Below, in pieces: positions 37,215-46,565 of a DNA stretch of 64,000 bases. The stretch's first letter is position 1. The number at the start of each line of letters is the position of its first letter. The notes beneath the pieces were generated by a model. The model did not search any database, was not told the DNA's origin, and saw nothing but the letters and a program-made list of their open reading frames with translations. Both the position numbers and the translations under genes were made by a program. Origin of the DNA: Chloroflexota bacterium (GTDB lineage: Bacteria; Chloroflexota; Anaerolineae; JACRMK01); assembly GCA_016235055.1 (NCBI GenBank), contig JACRMK010000066.1, positions 3,728-67,727 on the forward strand, given 5' to 3'.

Positions 37215-37586
37215 ATGACAGTGAAAATTCACCCGATCCGCGATGAGGCAGACTACGATGCTGCTCTGCACGCCATTGAGACGCTGTGGGACGCCGCACC
37301 CGGGACACCGCGCGGCGACGCGCTTGATGTGCTGACGACACTGGTCGCGGTATATGAAGATGAGCATCATCCGGTGCCACCGCCCGATCCGATCGAAGCG
37401 ATCCAGCACTATCTGGAAAGCCGGGGCCTGACGCGCCGCGATCTCGAGCCATATTTTGGCTCGCGCGCGCGCGTATCGGAAGTGCTGGCGCGCCGCCGGC
37501 GGCTGACGTTGCCCATGATTCGCCGGCTGAAACGGGGACTCGGCATCCCGGCCGACGTCCTGATACAGCCATACGATCTGCGCTGA
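37215..37586 (+). CDS. higA: HigA-family HTH antitoxin
   Basis: …DPIEAIQHYLESRGLTRRDLEPYFGSRARVSEVLARRRRLTLPMIRRLKRGLGIPADVL gives the XRE-type HTH. It lies 6 nt downstream of higB. Confidence 0.8.
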   Translation: MTVKIHPIRDEADYDAALHAIETLWDAAPGTPRGDALDVLTTLVAVYEDEHHPVPPPDPIEAIQHYLESRGLTRRDLEPYFGSRARVSEVLARRRRLTLPMIRRLKRGLGIPADVLIQPYDLR

Positions 37587-37646
37587 TAAGGGCGCTGACG
37601 GGGACGCGCTCGCCAATCGTGCTGCACGGCGTTAAACGGTAGACCC

Positions 37647-39257
37647 ATGGATCTCCTCACCTCCGCGCTCCGCAGTGACGACGCCGAGTTCGTTGCCAAC
37701 GAGGCATACCACCGCGCGCTGGCCGCTGAACTGCGCGACCGGCTGGCGCAGGCGCGCCGGGGCGGCGACGCCCCCGCGCATGCCCGACACCGCGAGCAGG
37801 GCAAAATGCCGGTGCGCGAGCGCATCGACCGCCTGCTCGACGACGGCGCGCCGTTCCTCGAACTCTCGCCGCTGGCCGCCGACGGCATGTACGATGGCGA
37901 CGCGCCGTGCGCCGGCATCGTCACCGGCATCGGCGTCGTCTCCGGGTGCGAGGTCGTCATTGTCGCCAACGACGCCACGGTCAAAGGCGGCACCTACTAC
38001 CCGCTGACGGTCAAGAAGCACCTGCGCGCGCAGGACGTCGCCGCGCAGAACCGCCTGCCGTGCCTCTACCTGGTCGATTCGGGCGGCGCGTTCCTGCCGA
38101 TGCAGGACGAGGTCTTCCCCGACCGCGACGACTTCGGGCGCATCTTCTTCAATCAGGCGCGGCTCTCGGCGGCAGGCATCGCGCAGATCGCGGTCGTGAT
38201 GGGCAGTTGCACGGCAGGCGGCGCGTACGTCCCGGCGATGAGCGACGAGACGATCATCGTCAAAGGCACCGGCACGATCTTCATCGGCGGGCCGCCGCTG
38301 GTGAAGGCCGCCACCGGCGTCGACGTCAGCGCCGAGGAGTTGGGCGGCGCCGACGTGCACACGCGCCTGAGCGGCGTGGCCGACCACTTCGCCGAGGACG
38401 ACGCGCACGCGCTCGAGATCGCGCGCGCCATCGTCGCCACACTCAACACGCGCAAGCCGGTCGCGCTCGACCTCGCGCCGCCGGAGGAGCCGCGCTACGA
38501 CCCGCAGGAGTTGTACGGCGTCCTGCCGCGCAACCCGAAGGCGCTCTACGACGTGCGCGAGGTGATCGCCCGGCTGGTGGACGGCTCGCGCTTCCGCGAG
38601 TTCAAGGCGCGCTACGGCACGACGCTCGTCTGCGGCTTCGCGCGCATCCACGGCTACCCGCTCGGCATCGTTGCCAACAACGGCGTGCTGTTCAGCGAGT
38701 CGTCGCTGAAAGGCGCACACTTCGTGGAACTGTGCACCACGCGCGGCATCCCCCTGCTCTTCCTGCAGAATATCACCGGCTTCATGGTCGGCAAGGAGTA
38801 CGAGGTCGGCGGCATCGCCCGCGACGGCGCGAAGATGGTGCATGCCGTCGCCAACGCCAATGTGCCGAAGCTGACGGTCGTGATCGGCGGCTCGTTCGGC
38901 GCGGGCAACTACGGCATGTGCGGCCGCGCCTACGATCCGCGCTTCCTCTGGATGTGGCCGAACAGCCGTATCAGCGTCATGGGCGGCGAGCAGGCCGCCA
39001 ACGTCCTGCTGACCGTCAAGCAGGATCAACTGGCGCGGCGCAGCCAGCCGCCGCTGCTGCCCGCCGAGGCCGACGAGTTCCGCCGGCCGACCCTCGAAAA
39101 GTACGAGCGCGAGGGCAGCCCGTACTACTCGACCGCGCGGCTCTGGGACGATGGCATCTTGGACCCACCGGAGACGCGCCGCGTGCTGGCATTGGCGCTG
39201 TCGGCCTGCCTCAACGCGCCGATCGCGCCGACGACTTACGGCGTGTTCCGGATGTAA
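37647..39257 (+). CDS. acyl-CoA carboxylase carboxyltransferase (beta) subunit, methylcrotonyl-CoA carboxylase-like
   Basis: Two crotonase-like CT domains, with …[24 protein letters not shown]… and …[10 protein letters not shown]… typical of MCC/PCC beta. Confidence 0.85.
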   Translation: MDLLTSALRSDDAEFVANEAYHRALAAELRDRLAQARRGGDAPAHARHREQGKMPVRERIDRLLDDGAPFLELSPLAADGMYDGDAPCAGIVTGIGVVSGCEVVIVANDATVKGGTYYPLTVKKHLRAQDVAAQNRLPCLYLVDSGGAFLPMQDEVFPDRDDFGRIFFNQARLSAAGIAQIAVVMGSCTAGGAYVPAMSDETIIVKGTGTIFIGGPPLVKAATGVDVSAEELGGADVHTRLSGVADHFAEDDAHALEIARAIVATLNTRKPVALDLAPPEEPRYDPQELYGVLPRNPKALYDVREVIARLVDGSRFREFKARYGTTLVCGFARIHGYPLGIVANNGVLFSESSLKGAHFVELCTTRGIPLLFLQNITGFMVGKEYEVGGIARDGAKMVHAVANANVPKLTVVIGGSFGAGNYGMCGRAYDPRFLWMWPNSRISVMGGEQAANVLLTVKQDQLARRSQPPLLPAEADEFRRPTLEKYEREGSPYYSTARLWDDGILDPPETRRVLALALSACLNAPIAPTTYGVFRM

Positions 39258-39320
39258 CCTTGCGATGTCGCTTTGGGGCGAAGCGCCGCTCGTGCTACAA
39301 TCGGCCCGAGAGAACATCGG

Positions 39321-39656
39321 ATGTATACGCTCACCCAACGCCAATCACTGCTGGACGAATTGGTGCGCCGGATTGTGGACGCCTATCAACCGGAGCGCAT
39401 CATCCTGTTCGGCTCCATGGCGCACGGTAACCCTGACGACGATAGCGATGTTGACATGCTGATTGTCAAGGATACCACCGAGCCGCCGTTGGAACGCCGG
39501 GTGCATGTCCGGCGGCTGGCCGCCGATGCTCACCGCCGCGTACCCTTCTCGCCGCTGGTGTTGACGCCGGACGAGTTGGCATCGCGCATCGCGGCGCGCG
39601 ACGCGTTCTACGCCGACATTCTTCGCAGCGGCATCGTCCTGTATGAGCGACGCTGA
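39321..39656 (+). CDS. nucleotidyltransferase-domain protein (MNT-like partner of the downstream HEPN)
   Basis: ILFGSMAHGNPDDDSDVDMLIV carries the GS…D.D NTase motif. Confidence 0.75.
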   Translation: MYTLTQRQSLLDELVRRIVDAYQPERIILFGSMAHGNPDDDSDVDMLIVKDTTEPPLERRVHVRRLAADAHRRVPFSPLVLTPDELASRIAARDAFYADILRSGIVLYERR

Positions 39657-40047
39657 TCCAGCCGTTCCAGGCAGTTGGTACGCTCAAGGCGACGTTGACT
39701 TCCGTGCCGCCGAGATTTTGCTGGCGGCGGGCGAAAGCTTGCCGGTCTCTGCGTTCCTAATCCAGCAAACGGCAGAGAAATACCTCAAGGGCTACTTACT
39801 GGCGCATGGCTGGAATCTGCGGCGGACTCACGATCTCGAAATCCTTGTTCAGGACGCGATCGCGCGCGACCAGGAATTCGATCGCTTTCTGATCGCCTGC
39901 CAGCGCATCACGGAATACTACATCGAATCACGATATCCGCTCGGGGTACTGACATCATTTGAGTCTGCTCAACTTGCCGCCGATTTCGCTATCGTGAACG
40001 ACCTCGCTGATCTGATCCGACGTAAAACGCCTCCCGCTGCACCCTGA
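39643..40047 (+). CDS. HEPN-domain protein
   Basis: It has the Rx4-6H motif (RRTHDLEIL) and ESRYP. It overlaps the NTase gene by 14 nt. Confidence 0.75.
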   Translation: MSDADPAVPGSWYAQGDVDFRAAEILLAAGESLPVSAFLIQQTAEKYLKGYLLAHGWNLRRTHDLEILVQDAIARDQEFDRFLIACQRITEYYIESRYPLGVLTSFESAQLAADFAIVNDLADLIRRKTPPAAP

Positions 40048-41576
40048 TGTCGCGCGCGCCGCAACCTCACATGTTCCGCAAGCTCCTGATTGCCAATCGC
40101 GGCGAGATCGCCGTCCGCATCGCGCGCGCCTGCCGCGAAATGGGCATCGCGACGGTCGCCGTCTACTCCGAGGCCGACCGCGACGCGCTCCACCTGTCGC
40201 ACGCCGACGAAGCGGTACTGATCGGTCCACCGCCCGCCGCGCAGTCATACCTCCAGATCGAGCGCATCATCGCGGCCGCGCGCGACAGTGGCTGCGACGC
40301 GGTCCACCCCGGCTACGGCTTCCTCGCCGAGCGCGCCGAGTTCGCGCAGGCCGTCGCCGACGCCGGGCTGATCTTCGTCGGGCCGCCTGCGTCCGCGATC
40401 CGCGCGATGGGCGACAAGACCAGCGCGCGCGCGCTCATGCAGGCAGCCGGCGTGCCGACCGTGCCCGGCTACCAGCGCGCCGCCCCTCGTGACGACGACC
40501 GCGACTTCGTTGAGGCCGCGGAACGGCTCGGTTACCCCGTGCTCGTCAAGGCCTCGGCCGGCGGCGGCGGCAAAGGCATGCGCACCGTCGCGGACGCCGG
40601 CGGACTGGCCGATGCGCTCGAATCGGCGCGCCGCGAGGCGCTCAACGCGTTCGGCGATGCGGCGGTCTACCTTGAGAAGCTGCTCGTCGCGCCGCACCAC
40701 GTCGAGTTTCAGGTGCTGGCCGACGCGCACGGCGGCATCGTGCACCTGCTGGAGCGCGAGTGCTCCGTGCAGCGCCGCCACCAGAAGATCATCGAGGAGA
40801 CGCCGTCGCCGCTGCTGACGCCGGAACTGCGCGCGCAGATGGGCGCGGCGGCGGTCGCGGCGGCGCGCGCCTGCGGTTACGTCAACGCCGGCACGATCGA
40901 GTTCCTGGTGGACAGCGAGCGGCGCTTCTACTTCCTCGAAATGAACACGCGCCTGCAGGTCGAACACCCGATCACCGAAGCCATCACCGGCATCGATCTG
41001 GTGCAGGCGCAGTTGCGCATCGCCTCGGGCGAGCCGCTCTGGTTCGCGCAGGACGACGTGCGCGGGCGCGGCCACGCGATCGAGTGCCGCGTCTACGCCG
41101 AAGACCCCGCGAATGGCTTCCTGCCGTCGATCGGCGACGTGCGGCTGGCCGAGGAGCCGCGCGGCCCCGGCATCCGCGTCGATGCGGGCGTCGCGACCGG
41201 CCGTGCCGTGACGCGCTTCTACGACCCGCTGATCGCCAAGGTCATCGCGCACGCCGAGACACGCGATGGCGCGCTGGCGCGCATGCAGCGCGCGCTGGCC
41301 GACTATGCGATTATCGGCGTGACGACCAACATCCGCTTCCTGCGCGCCGTGCTCGCCCATCCGGCGTTCCGGCGCGGCGAGACGACCACACAGTTCGTCG
41401 ACGAGCAGTTCGCCAACTGGACGCTGCCCGCCGCCCCCCTGCCCGACGAGGTGCTGATCGCAGCGGCCATCGCGGAGTTGCAGGCGCGGCCAGCCGCAGT
41501 GCCAGCGACCGCCGAAGGCGACGCTTACAATCCATGGCGCGTCAGTGACGGCTTCCGATTGGGGCGGGGCAGCTAA
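40047..41576 (+). CDS. acyl-CoA carboxylase biotin carboxylase subunit (BC plus BT region of the alpha subunit)
   Basis: MFRKLLIANRGEIAVRIARA… and an ATP-grasp domain. It ends in a TAA that overlaps the next ATG (TAATG). Confidence 0.85.
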   Translation: MSRAPQPHMFRKLLIANRGEIAVRIARACREMGIATVAVYSEADRDALHLSHADEAVLIGPPPAAQSYLQIERIIAAARDSGCDAVHPGYGFLAERAEFAQAVADAGLIFVGPPASAIRAMGDKTSARALMQAAGVPTVPGYQRAAPRDDDRDFVEAAERLGYPVLVKASAGGGGKGMRTVADAGGLADALESARREALNAFGDAAVYLEKLLVAPHHVEFQVLADAHGGIVHLLERECSVQRRHQKIIEETPSPLLTPELRAQMGAAAVAAARACGYVNAGTIEFLVDSERRFYFLEMNTRLQVEHPITEAITGIDLVQAQLRIASGEPLWFAQDDVRGRGHAIECRVYAEDPANGFLPSIGDVRLAEEPRGPGIRVDAGVATGRAVTRFYDPLIAKVIAHAETRDGALARMQRALADYAIIGVTTNIRFLRAVLAHPAFRRGETTTQFVDEQFANWTLPAAPLPDEVLIAAAIAELQARPAAVPATAEGDAYNPWRVSDGFRLGRGS

Positions 41577-42073
41577 TGGAATACCGCTACCAGGTCGTGG
41601 ATACCGTGCGCGTCGTGCGCGTCGAGCGCGTCGAGCGCGACGGCGACGCTTACCGTGTGTCAATCGACGGCGGCGAGGATGTCGCGGTGCGCATGGCCGA
41701 CATGGAGGGTTCCACACTCGAGCTCGACCTCTACGGATCGCGGCGGCGCGTGCACGTCGTGCGCGATGGGGGCCGGCGCTTAGCGGCCGTTGGCTCGGAC
41801 GTGTTTGAGTTCGCGCTCGCGGAGCGCAGCGGCTCGCGCCGGGCGCAGGCCGCCGGCGGCGCGGGCGACCTGACGGCGCAGATGCCGGGGCAGGTCGTCG
41901 CCGTGCATGTCGCGGAGGGCGACATGGTCACGCACGGCCAGACGCTCGTCGTGCTCGAAGCGATGAAGATGGAGATGCGGGTCGTCGCGCCGCGCGCGGG
42001 CACGGTGCAGAAGGTGCTCGTCAGCGTTGGGCAGGTCGTCGAGCGAGGGCAGGTGCTGGTGGAGCTTGATTAG
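41576..42073 (+). CDS. biotin carboxyl carrier (biotinyl/lipoyl) domain protein, the C-terminal part of the carboxylase alpha subunit as a separate ORF
   Basis: VLEAMKMEMRV carries the AMKM biotinylation motif. Confidence 0.8.
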   Translation: MEYRYQVVDTVRVVRVERVERDGDAYRVSIDGGEDVAVRMADMEGSTLELDLYGSRRRVHVVRDGGRRLAAVGSDVFEFALAERSGSRRAQAAGGAGDLTAQMPGQVVAVHVAEGDMVTHGQTLVVLEAMKMEMRVVAPRAGTVQKVLVSVGQVVERGQVLVELD

Positions 42074-42083
42074 AAGAAATGAC

Positions 42084-42130
42084 AACACCAAGACACAAAG
42101 GCACAAAGAAAACCTGTTCCTTGTGCCTTC
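42084..42130. repeat. CACAAAG-unit hairpin (family member)
   Basis: CACCAAGACACAAAGGCACAAAGAAAACCTGTTCCTTGTGCC, between convergent genes. Confidence 0.5.
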
Positions 42131-42166
42131 GCACCGGGCAGATATTTGTGTCGGATGCGGCGAGTT

Positions 42167-42412
42167 CTATACCGCAAGCGCCATCGGACGTGTCGTCATC
42201 ACATCGGTTGCAGACAACCGCCGCACCTGCTCGGGCGCGAGCGTCAAAAGCGCGCGCGTGGAGCCATCGGGATTGACAAACTCAACATCGTAGGCCCGCG
42301 TCGGGACGGTGTAGATCTCGACCACGGTGCCTATATCGCCCGCCAGCACGCCATCCGCCGGAGCGCTTATCGTAGCCACAATCACTTCAAGCAGCGCTAT
42401 TTGGTCGCTCAT
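42167..42412 (-). CDS. DUF4926-like small protein
   Basis: …GDIGTVVEIYTVPTRAYDVEFVNPDGSTRALLTLAPEQV matches the DUF4926 pattern. Confidence 0.6.
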   Translation of the reverse strand: MSDQIALLEVIVATISAPADGVLAGDIGTVVEIYTVPTRAYDVEFVNPDGSTRALLTLAPEQVRRLSATDVMTTRPMALAV

Positions 42413-42771
42413 TGCTCCCTCTCATCTGACCGCGGTGCCGGTTCAATCGTCACCAGTTCGGCGTAGCCATTATCCCCTCGAAATATCCACACGACCGTCA
42501 CCTGGCGCACGGCTCCATTGGGTCCGGCTAAGGGTCCTGTGATCGTAAACTTACGCCCAAATAGTGATGGGCTACCCGGCTCGGCGCCGCGCGTAATCAA
42601 CTGCGATCGAATGTCATCAGCGAGTTCGTGCCACCGATCTCTCGAATAGCCCATCGCACGAAAGAATGCAGCCTTGTGTCTGCCGACCGCATGCTCGGGA
42701 TTGAGAACGTAATCCCTCAATTTCCGAGAGTCAATAACTGCGTTTTCGGCGTTCGGCAGTAGTTCGGGCAC
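42409..42771 (-). CDS. DUF6883-like protein (usual upstream partner of DUF4926)
   Basis: …SRKLRDYVLNPEHAVGRHKAAFFRAMGY… Its stop overlaps the DUF4926-like start (ATGA). Confidence 0.55.
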   Translation of the reverse strand: MPELLPNAENAVIDSRKLRDYVLNPEHAVGRHKAAFFRAMGYSRDRWHELADDIRSQLITRGAEPGSPSLFGRKFTITGPLAGPNGAVRQVTVVWIFRGDNGYAELVTIEPAPRSDEREQ

Positions 42772-42812
42772 AAGGCAATTATATCATGGCGTCCGTGATG
42801 GGTTCCATGCCA

Positions 42813-43712
42813 CTAGCCGGTGCCCGCGCCCGCCCGCGCGATCACCTTTTGCGCGGCGCGCAGCATCGGCATGTCCACCATCTTCCCCTCGTACGCGAAT
42901 GCGCCGGCGCCGGCGCGCTGGTTCGCCTCGAACGCCGCGATCAGCGCCTGCGCACGCGCCACGTCCTCGGCGGTCGGCGTGAACGCATCCATGATGACGG
43001 GCACCTGCCGCGGGTGGATCGCCGACTTGCCGCCGTAGCCCATGCCCAGCACCCGGCCGCACTCGGCGCGCAGGCCGTCGGTATCCTGCAGGTCGACGTA
43101 CACGCCGTCGAGCGCCTGCAGGCCGTTAGCCGCCGCCGCCGTCACAACCGCGCTGCGCGCGTAGAACACCTCCCAGCCTTCACGCGTGCGCGTCGCGCCC
43201 AGGTCGCCCGCCAGATCCTCCGAGCCGAGCAGAATTGCGTCCACGCGCGGGTCGGCCTCCGCAATCGGCGCGACGTTCAGCACCCCGCGCGCCGTCTCGA
43301 TCATCGCGATCAGGCGGATGCCGCCGGCTGGGAAGCCGTGCAGCGCCTCCAGTTGCCCGATCCACTCGCTGACAGCCTGCACCGTCTCGGCCGACTCGAC
43401 CTTCGGCACAACGTAGCCGTCGGGCTTGCCCGCGACGGTGCTCAGGATGTCCTCGCGCGTCCAGCCGGTGTCGAACGCGTTGACGCGCACCAGTTTCTCG
43501 GTGCGCCCGAACGCCACGCTGCCGAGCGCGGAGCGGATCGTGTCGCGCGCGGCTTGCTTGCGGTTGAGCGCAGTGCCGTCCTCGATGTCCATGATAACGG
43601 AATCGGGGCCGAGCGCGGCGCCCTTGGCGATCTTGTGCGCGTCGTCGCCCGGCATAAACAGCACGCAGCGGCGCGGGCGGCGGGCGGCGGGAACGGCAGG
43701 CAGTGGGGTCAT
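42813..43712 (-). CDS. HpcH/HpaI aldolase / CitE-like (citryl-/malyl-CoA lyase family)
   Basis: CVLFMPGDD…, MIETARGV and EDL signatures of CitE-like lyases. Confidence 0.8.
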   Translation of the reverse strand: MTPLPAVPAARRPRRCVLFMPGDDAHKIAKGAALGPDSVIMDIEDGTALNRKQAARDTIRSALGSVAFGRTEKLVRVNAFDTGWTREDILSTVAGKPDGYVVPKVESAETVQAVSEWIGQLEALHGFPAGGIRLIAMIETARGVLNVAPIAEADPRVDAILLGSEDLAGDLGATRTREGWEVFYARSAVVTAAAANGLQALDGVYVDLQDTDGLRAECGRVLGMGYGGKSAIHPRQVPVIMDAFTPTAEDVARAQALIAAFEANQRAGAGAFAYEGKMVDMPMLRAAQKVIARAGAGTG

Positions 43713-44182
43713 GGCAGGTCCGTTGCGGTTGATCGGGGCTTCTTGTAGAACAGCACCATGCGCTCGACTTCGAGCACAATCGCGCCGTGCTGGTTGCGGC
43801 CGAAGTGGCGCAGGCGCACCACGCCGCAGTCGGGCCGCGAGCGCGACTCGCGCTTCTCGACGACCTCGCTGGAGACGTAGAGCGTGTCGCCGTGGAAGAC
43901 CGGGTGCGGGTAAACGACCTTCTCGTACGACAGGTTCGCGACGATCGTGCCCTCGGTCAGGTCGGGCACCGTCATGCCGACCGCCAGGCCGAGCGTGAAG
44001 ATGCCGTTCATGATGCGGCGGCCAAACGGCGTGCGCGCGGCGAAGTCCTCATTGAGGTGCAACGGCTGCGTGTTCATCGTCAGCGACGAGAACAGCACGT
44101 TGTCCATCTCGGAGACGGTGCGCCCCATCGCGTGTTGGAACGCGTCGCCGACCGTCAGTTCGTCAAAGTATTTGCCGGGCAT
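43709..44182 (-). CDS. MaoC-like (R)-specific enoyl-CoA hydratase/dehydratase (single hotdog)
   Basis: …HLNEDFAARTPFGRRIMNGIFTLGL… gives the hotdog fold. It shares an ATGA overlap with the CitE-like gene. Confidence 0.8.
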   Translation of the reverse strand: MPGKYFDELTVGDAFQHAMGRTVSEMDNVLFSSLTMNTQPLHLNEDFAARTPFGRRIMNGIFTLGLAVGMTVPDLTEGTIVANLSYEKVVYPHPVFHGDTLYVSSEVVEKRESRSRPDCGVVRLRHFGRNQHGAIVLEVERMVLFYKKPRSTATDLP

Positions 44183-44520
44183 GGTTCAGTGCGCCCTTTC
44201 AGCAAAACCGTTTGGAACACGAATACCACGAAAGAACGCGAATGACACGAAACGGCGCGCCCCTTTCGCGTGCTTCGCGGCATCTCGTGTCGCTCGTGGT
44301 CCAATGCTTCTTCCCATCGCGTGCTGGAACGCGTCGCCGACCGCCAGTTCGTCAAAGGATTTGATGGGCATGGTTCAGTGCGCCCCTTCAGCAAAACCGT
44401 TTGGAACATGATTATCACGAAAGAACATGAAGACCACGAAACGAGATCAGCCGGTGGGACTCGTTCGCGTAATCGCTTGGAACCGAAACCCGCGATAGGA
44501 CGCGAATGACACGAAGTTGT
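44140..44520. repeat. direct ~125-bp duplication of the MaoC gene start plus the adjacent CACGAAA-unit hairpin, with a further degenerate hairpin copy
   Basis: Copy 1 is at 44140-44240 and copy 2 at 44320-44440 at ~90% identity. The stub ORF 44186..44371 begins MPIKSFDELAVGDAFQHAMGR, matching the MaoC N-terminus. Confidence 0.6.
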
Positions 44521-44543
44521 ATAACATACAGATGGCAGTAGCA

Positions 44544-46238
44544 TTAGACTCCAAGAAAGGAATTGAGCTTTTCAACCAAGAGACGATCTCTGGCTTGCAA
44601 GAACCTGTCGAAGTTCTTCACATGCCATAGCTTTCTGTCCAGTGGAACACACTGCTTCTCCAACTCCGTTCGATCGTAAGTAAGTCGGTCAAGATAGGTT
44701 GCCGGCTCTTCCATACTTATATCCAGATTTGTGTCCGCACGGATGATTGTGAGGTTGCCGAATATATTAATGGTCCCAGATTGATATCCGTGCCTACTGA
44801 GGAGTGCGCGTGGAAAGAAGTGATGAACCTGCAATTTCGCATTCTGTCCAATCACACTTCCATCTAGTGGCGTGCTATTGACCCAGTCGCTTCCGTTTTG
44901 GTTGCGAAGCATCGAGATGAACAATGCCATGATGGAGCCACTACGGCTGTTAGACTTTGACCGGAAATAACTTGCCCAGTTTGCAAATTGGATCCATCGA
45001 AACACGCCTATTTCCGGGCGTTTTCGCACTCAAGTGGGCAGATTGTTTCCGGTCAAACCCTTAGTATCAAAATCATCGACACTGAGTTTGCGAAGATAAC
45101 GGCGCGTTATGTCCCACAACTGATCAACAGATGCATTGGCTTCAAGTTTTCGTAGGATCTGATCAAGCTCAGAATACACTGAGCCGCTAAAGTATGTGCG
45201 AACGCCAGCAAGAAGAAGCCACTTACGAGCAACTTCACGCTCGGCCTTTGTCCACCCGCGTTTTTGCGCTTTGATATACACGAGTGGGATCAAAGCGTTA
45301 AATGATGGAACCCATGCCCCTGAATCCCATCTTACGGTCCCAGTCACAAAATCGATGACATCCTCCAAGCCACGAACAGTCCTGTGCCACGAGGCTCTGA
45401 TATCGCTTGGGCTTGAGTCGCCAAAGAGCTTTTCAGGCTTGCTGAAATTCATTCGATTTGTATGCACAGCCGCGAGACATTGCATAAGAAATGAGCGGCT
45501 GAATTGAAAATGCGGTCGATACTTGCTAAGAACATCAGACATCTCTTTGGAGGTCAGCCCCTCAACGCGATTGGCTAACTCAGCAAGGACAAGATCGCTC
45601 TTGTTCAGTTTGCGGCCAGTCGAATTGAACCGTATGAACAACTCGGTTGCATCTCTATAGTCGTCCGATTCATATTCGATGACGCTTATCACATAGTTGA
45701 GAACGTTTTGAAGTTGTGCGAGCATCTTGCGCACGGTCTCAGCATGCCGATCCTCATAATAGTCGTCTTCTTCCAGACGGTGCAGGTGCGCCGTGACGTC
45801 GAAATCCTTCGACAACACATCTGCGACGGATACATACCAAGGATCTGAGTCGTCTAGAAACTTGTCCCAATAAAACCGGCTATCTTCACGTTCACCATCA
45901 GTCCACAAATTGAACATTAAAGGATACTCGTCGCAAGCGTCTCGCACCTGTGAAACCGCCGTAAGCCGCTGTTGTCCATCGAGCAAATAGCCATAGAATC
46001 CGTCGAGCTTGCTGGGGGTCCGCCGACGTTTCTGTCCGTGGAACGCCTTACCTTTCACCTCGGTTTTGGGTTTCCAAACTAGCATTTGGCCAATCGGCAG
46101 GCCGCGATAGAGCGAATCAAAGAGGAGTTTGACGCTCTGCTTAGGCCACACAAAATCTCGTTGAATTTCTGGCAACTGAAGACGTTCGGAATCTTTGTAG
46201 TCAAGAAGTTCACAAAGTGTTTTGGTTGTCAGTCCCAT
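44544..46238 (-). pseudogene. GmrSD-family type IV restriction endonuclease gene (DUF262 plus DUF1524-like HNH) interrupted by an in-frame TGA at 45030-45032, lying in a low-GC island
   Basis: N-part: LPEIQRDFVW and LLDGQQRL (DUF262). C-part: VHHFFPRALL…N motif region (DUF1524-like). The two track ORFs abut in the same frame. GC here is ~45-50% against ~68% elsewhere. Confidence 0.65.
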
Positions 46239-46310
46239 TGTTTCGCCCCTTGAATGTGAAATGGCACGGCATTCGAGACTATTGCCAAGCCTATCTGAGT
46301 GCCCGAAATA

Positions 46311-46565
46311 TCACTGGAGACAGTCATCACAAGCCAATCTCGATCGGCATAAAGATTCGGCAATCAGTTCTTTCTCCATGTCGTCCAGCGAGATCGTGCC
46401 AGATGCTTCGATTGTGTCTAACCATTCGCGCACGATCTCGCGGTCTTCGGCGTGCTGCATGCGCCTGCGCGCGGCCATCAGCCACGCCAGCAACCGTGCG
46501 CGGCGCTTGCAGTTATGGACGCGACAGGAGATCAATGGCTTCCTGCGCTGGCCGACGTTCATCAT
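46311..46565 (-). CDS. hypothetical small protein in the low-GC island
   Basis: It is 84 aa with no recognisable domain. The RBS spacing is poor, so coding status is doubtful. Confidence 0.2.
   Translation of the reverse strand: MMNVGQRRKPLISCRVHNCKRRARLLAWLMAARRRMQHAEDREIVREWLDTIEASGTISLDDMEKELIAESLCRSRLACDDCLQ

Noticed and set aside
44186-44371. 61-aa ORF resembling an enoyl-CoA hydratase N-terminus.
   Set aside because: It is a stub created by duplication of the MaoC gene start fused to hairpin-repeat sequence. It is too short for a hotdog fold.
45027-45035. Selenocysteine or programmed readthrough at the in-frame TGA of the GmrSD-like gene.
   Set aside because: There is no SECIS-like hairpin or sel genes in view, and a restriction nuclease would not be expected to carry Sec. 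A nonsense mutation in a horizontally acquired gene is simpler.
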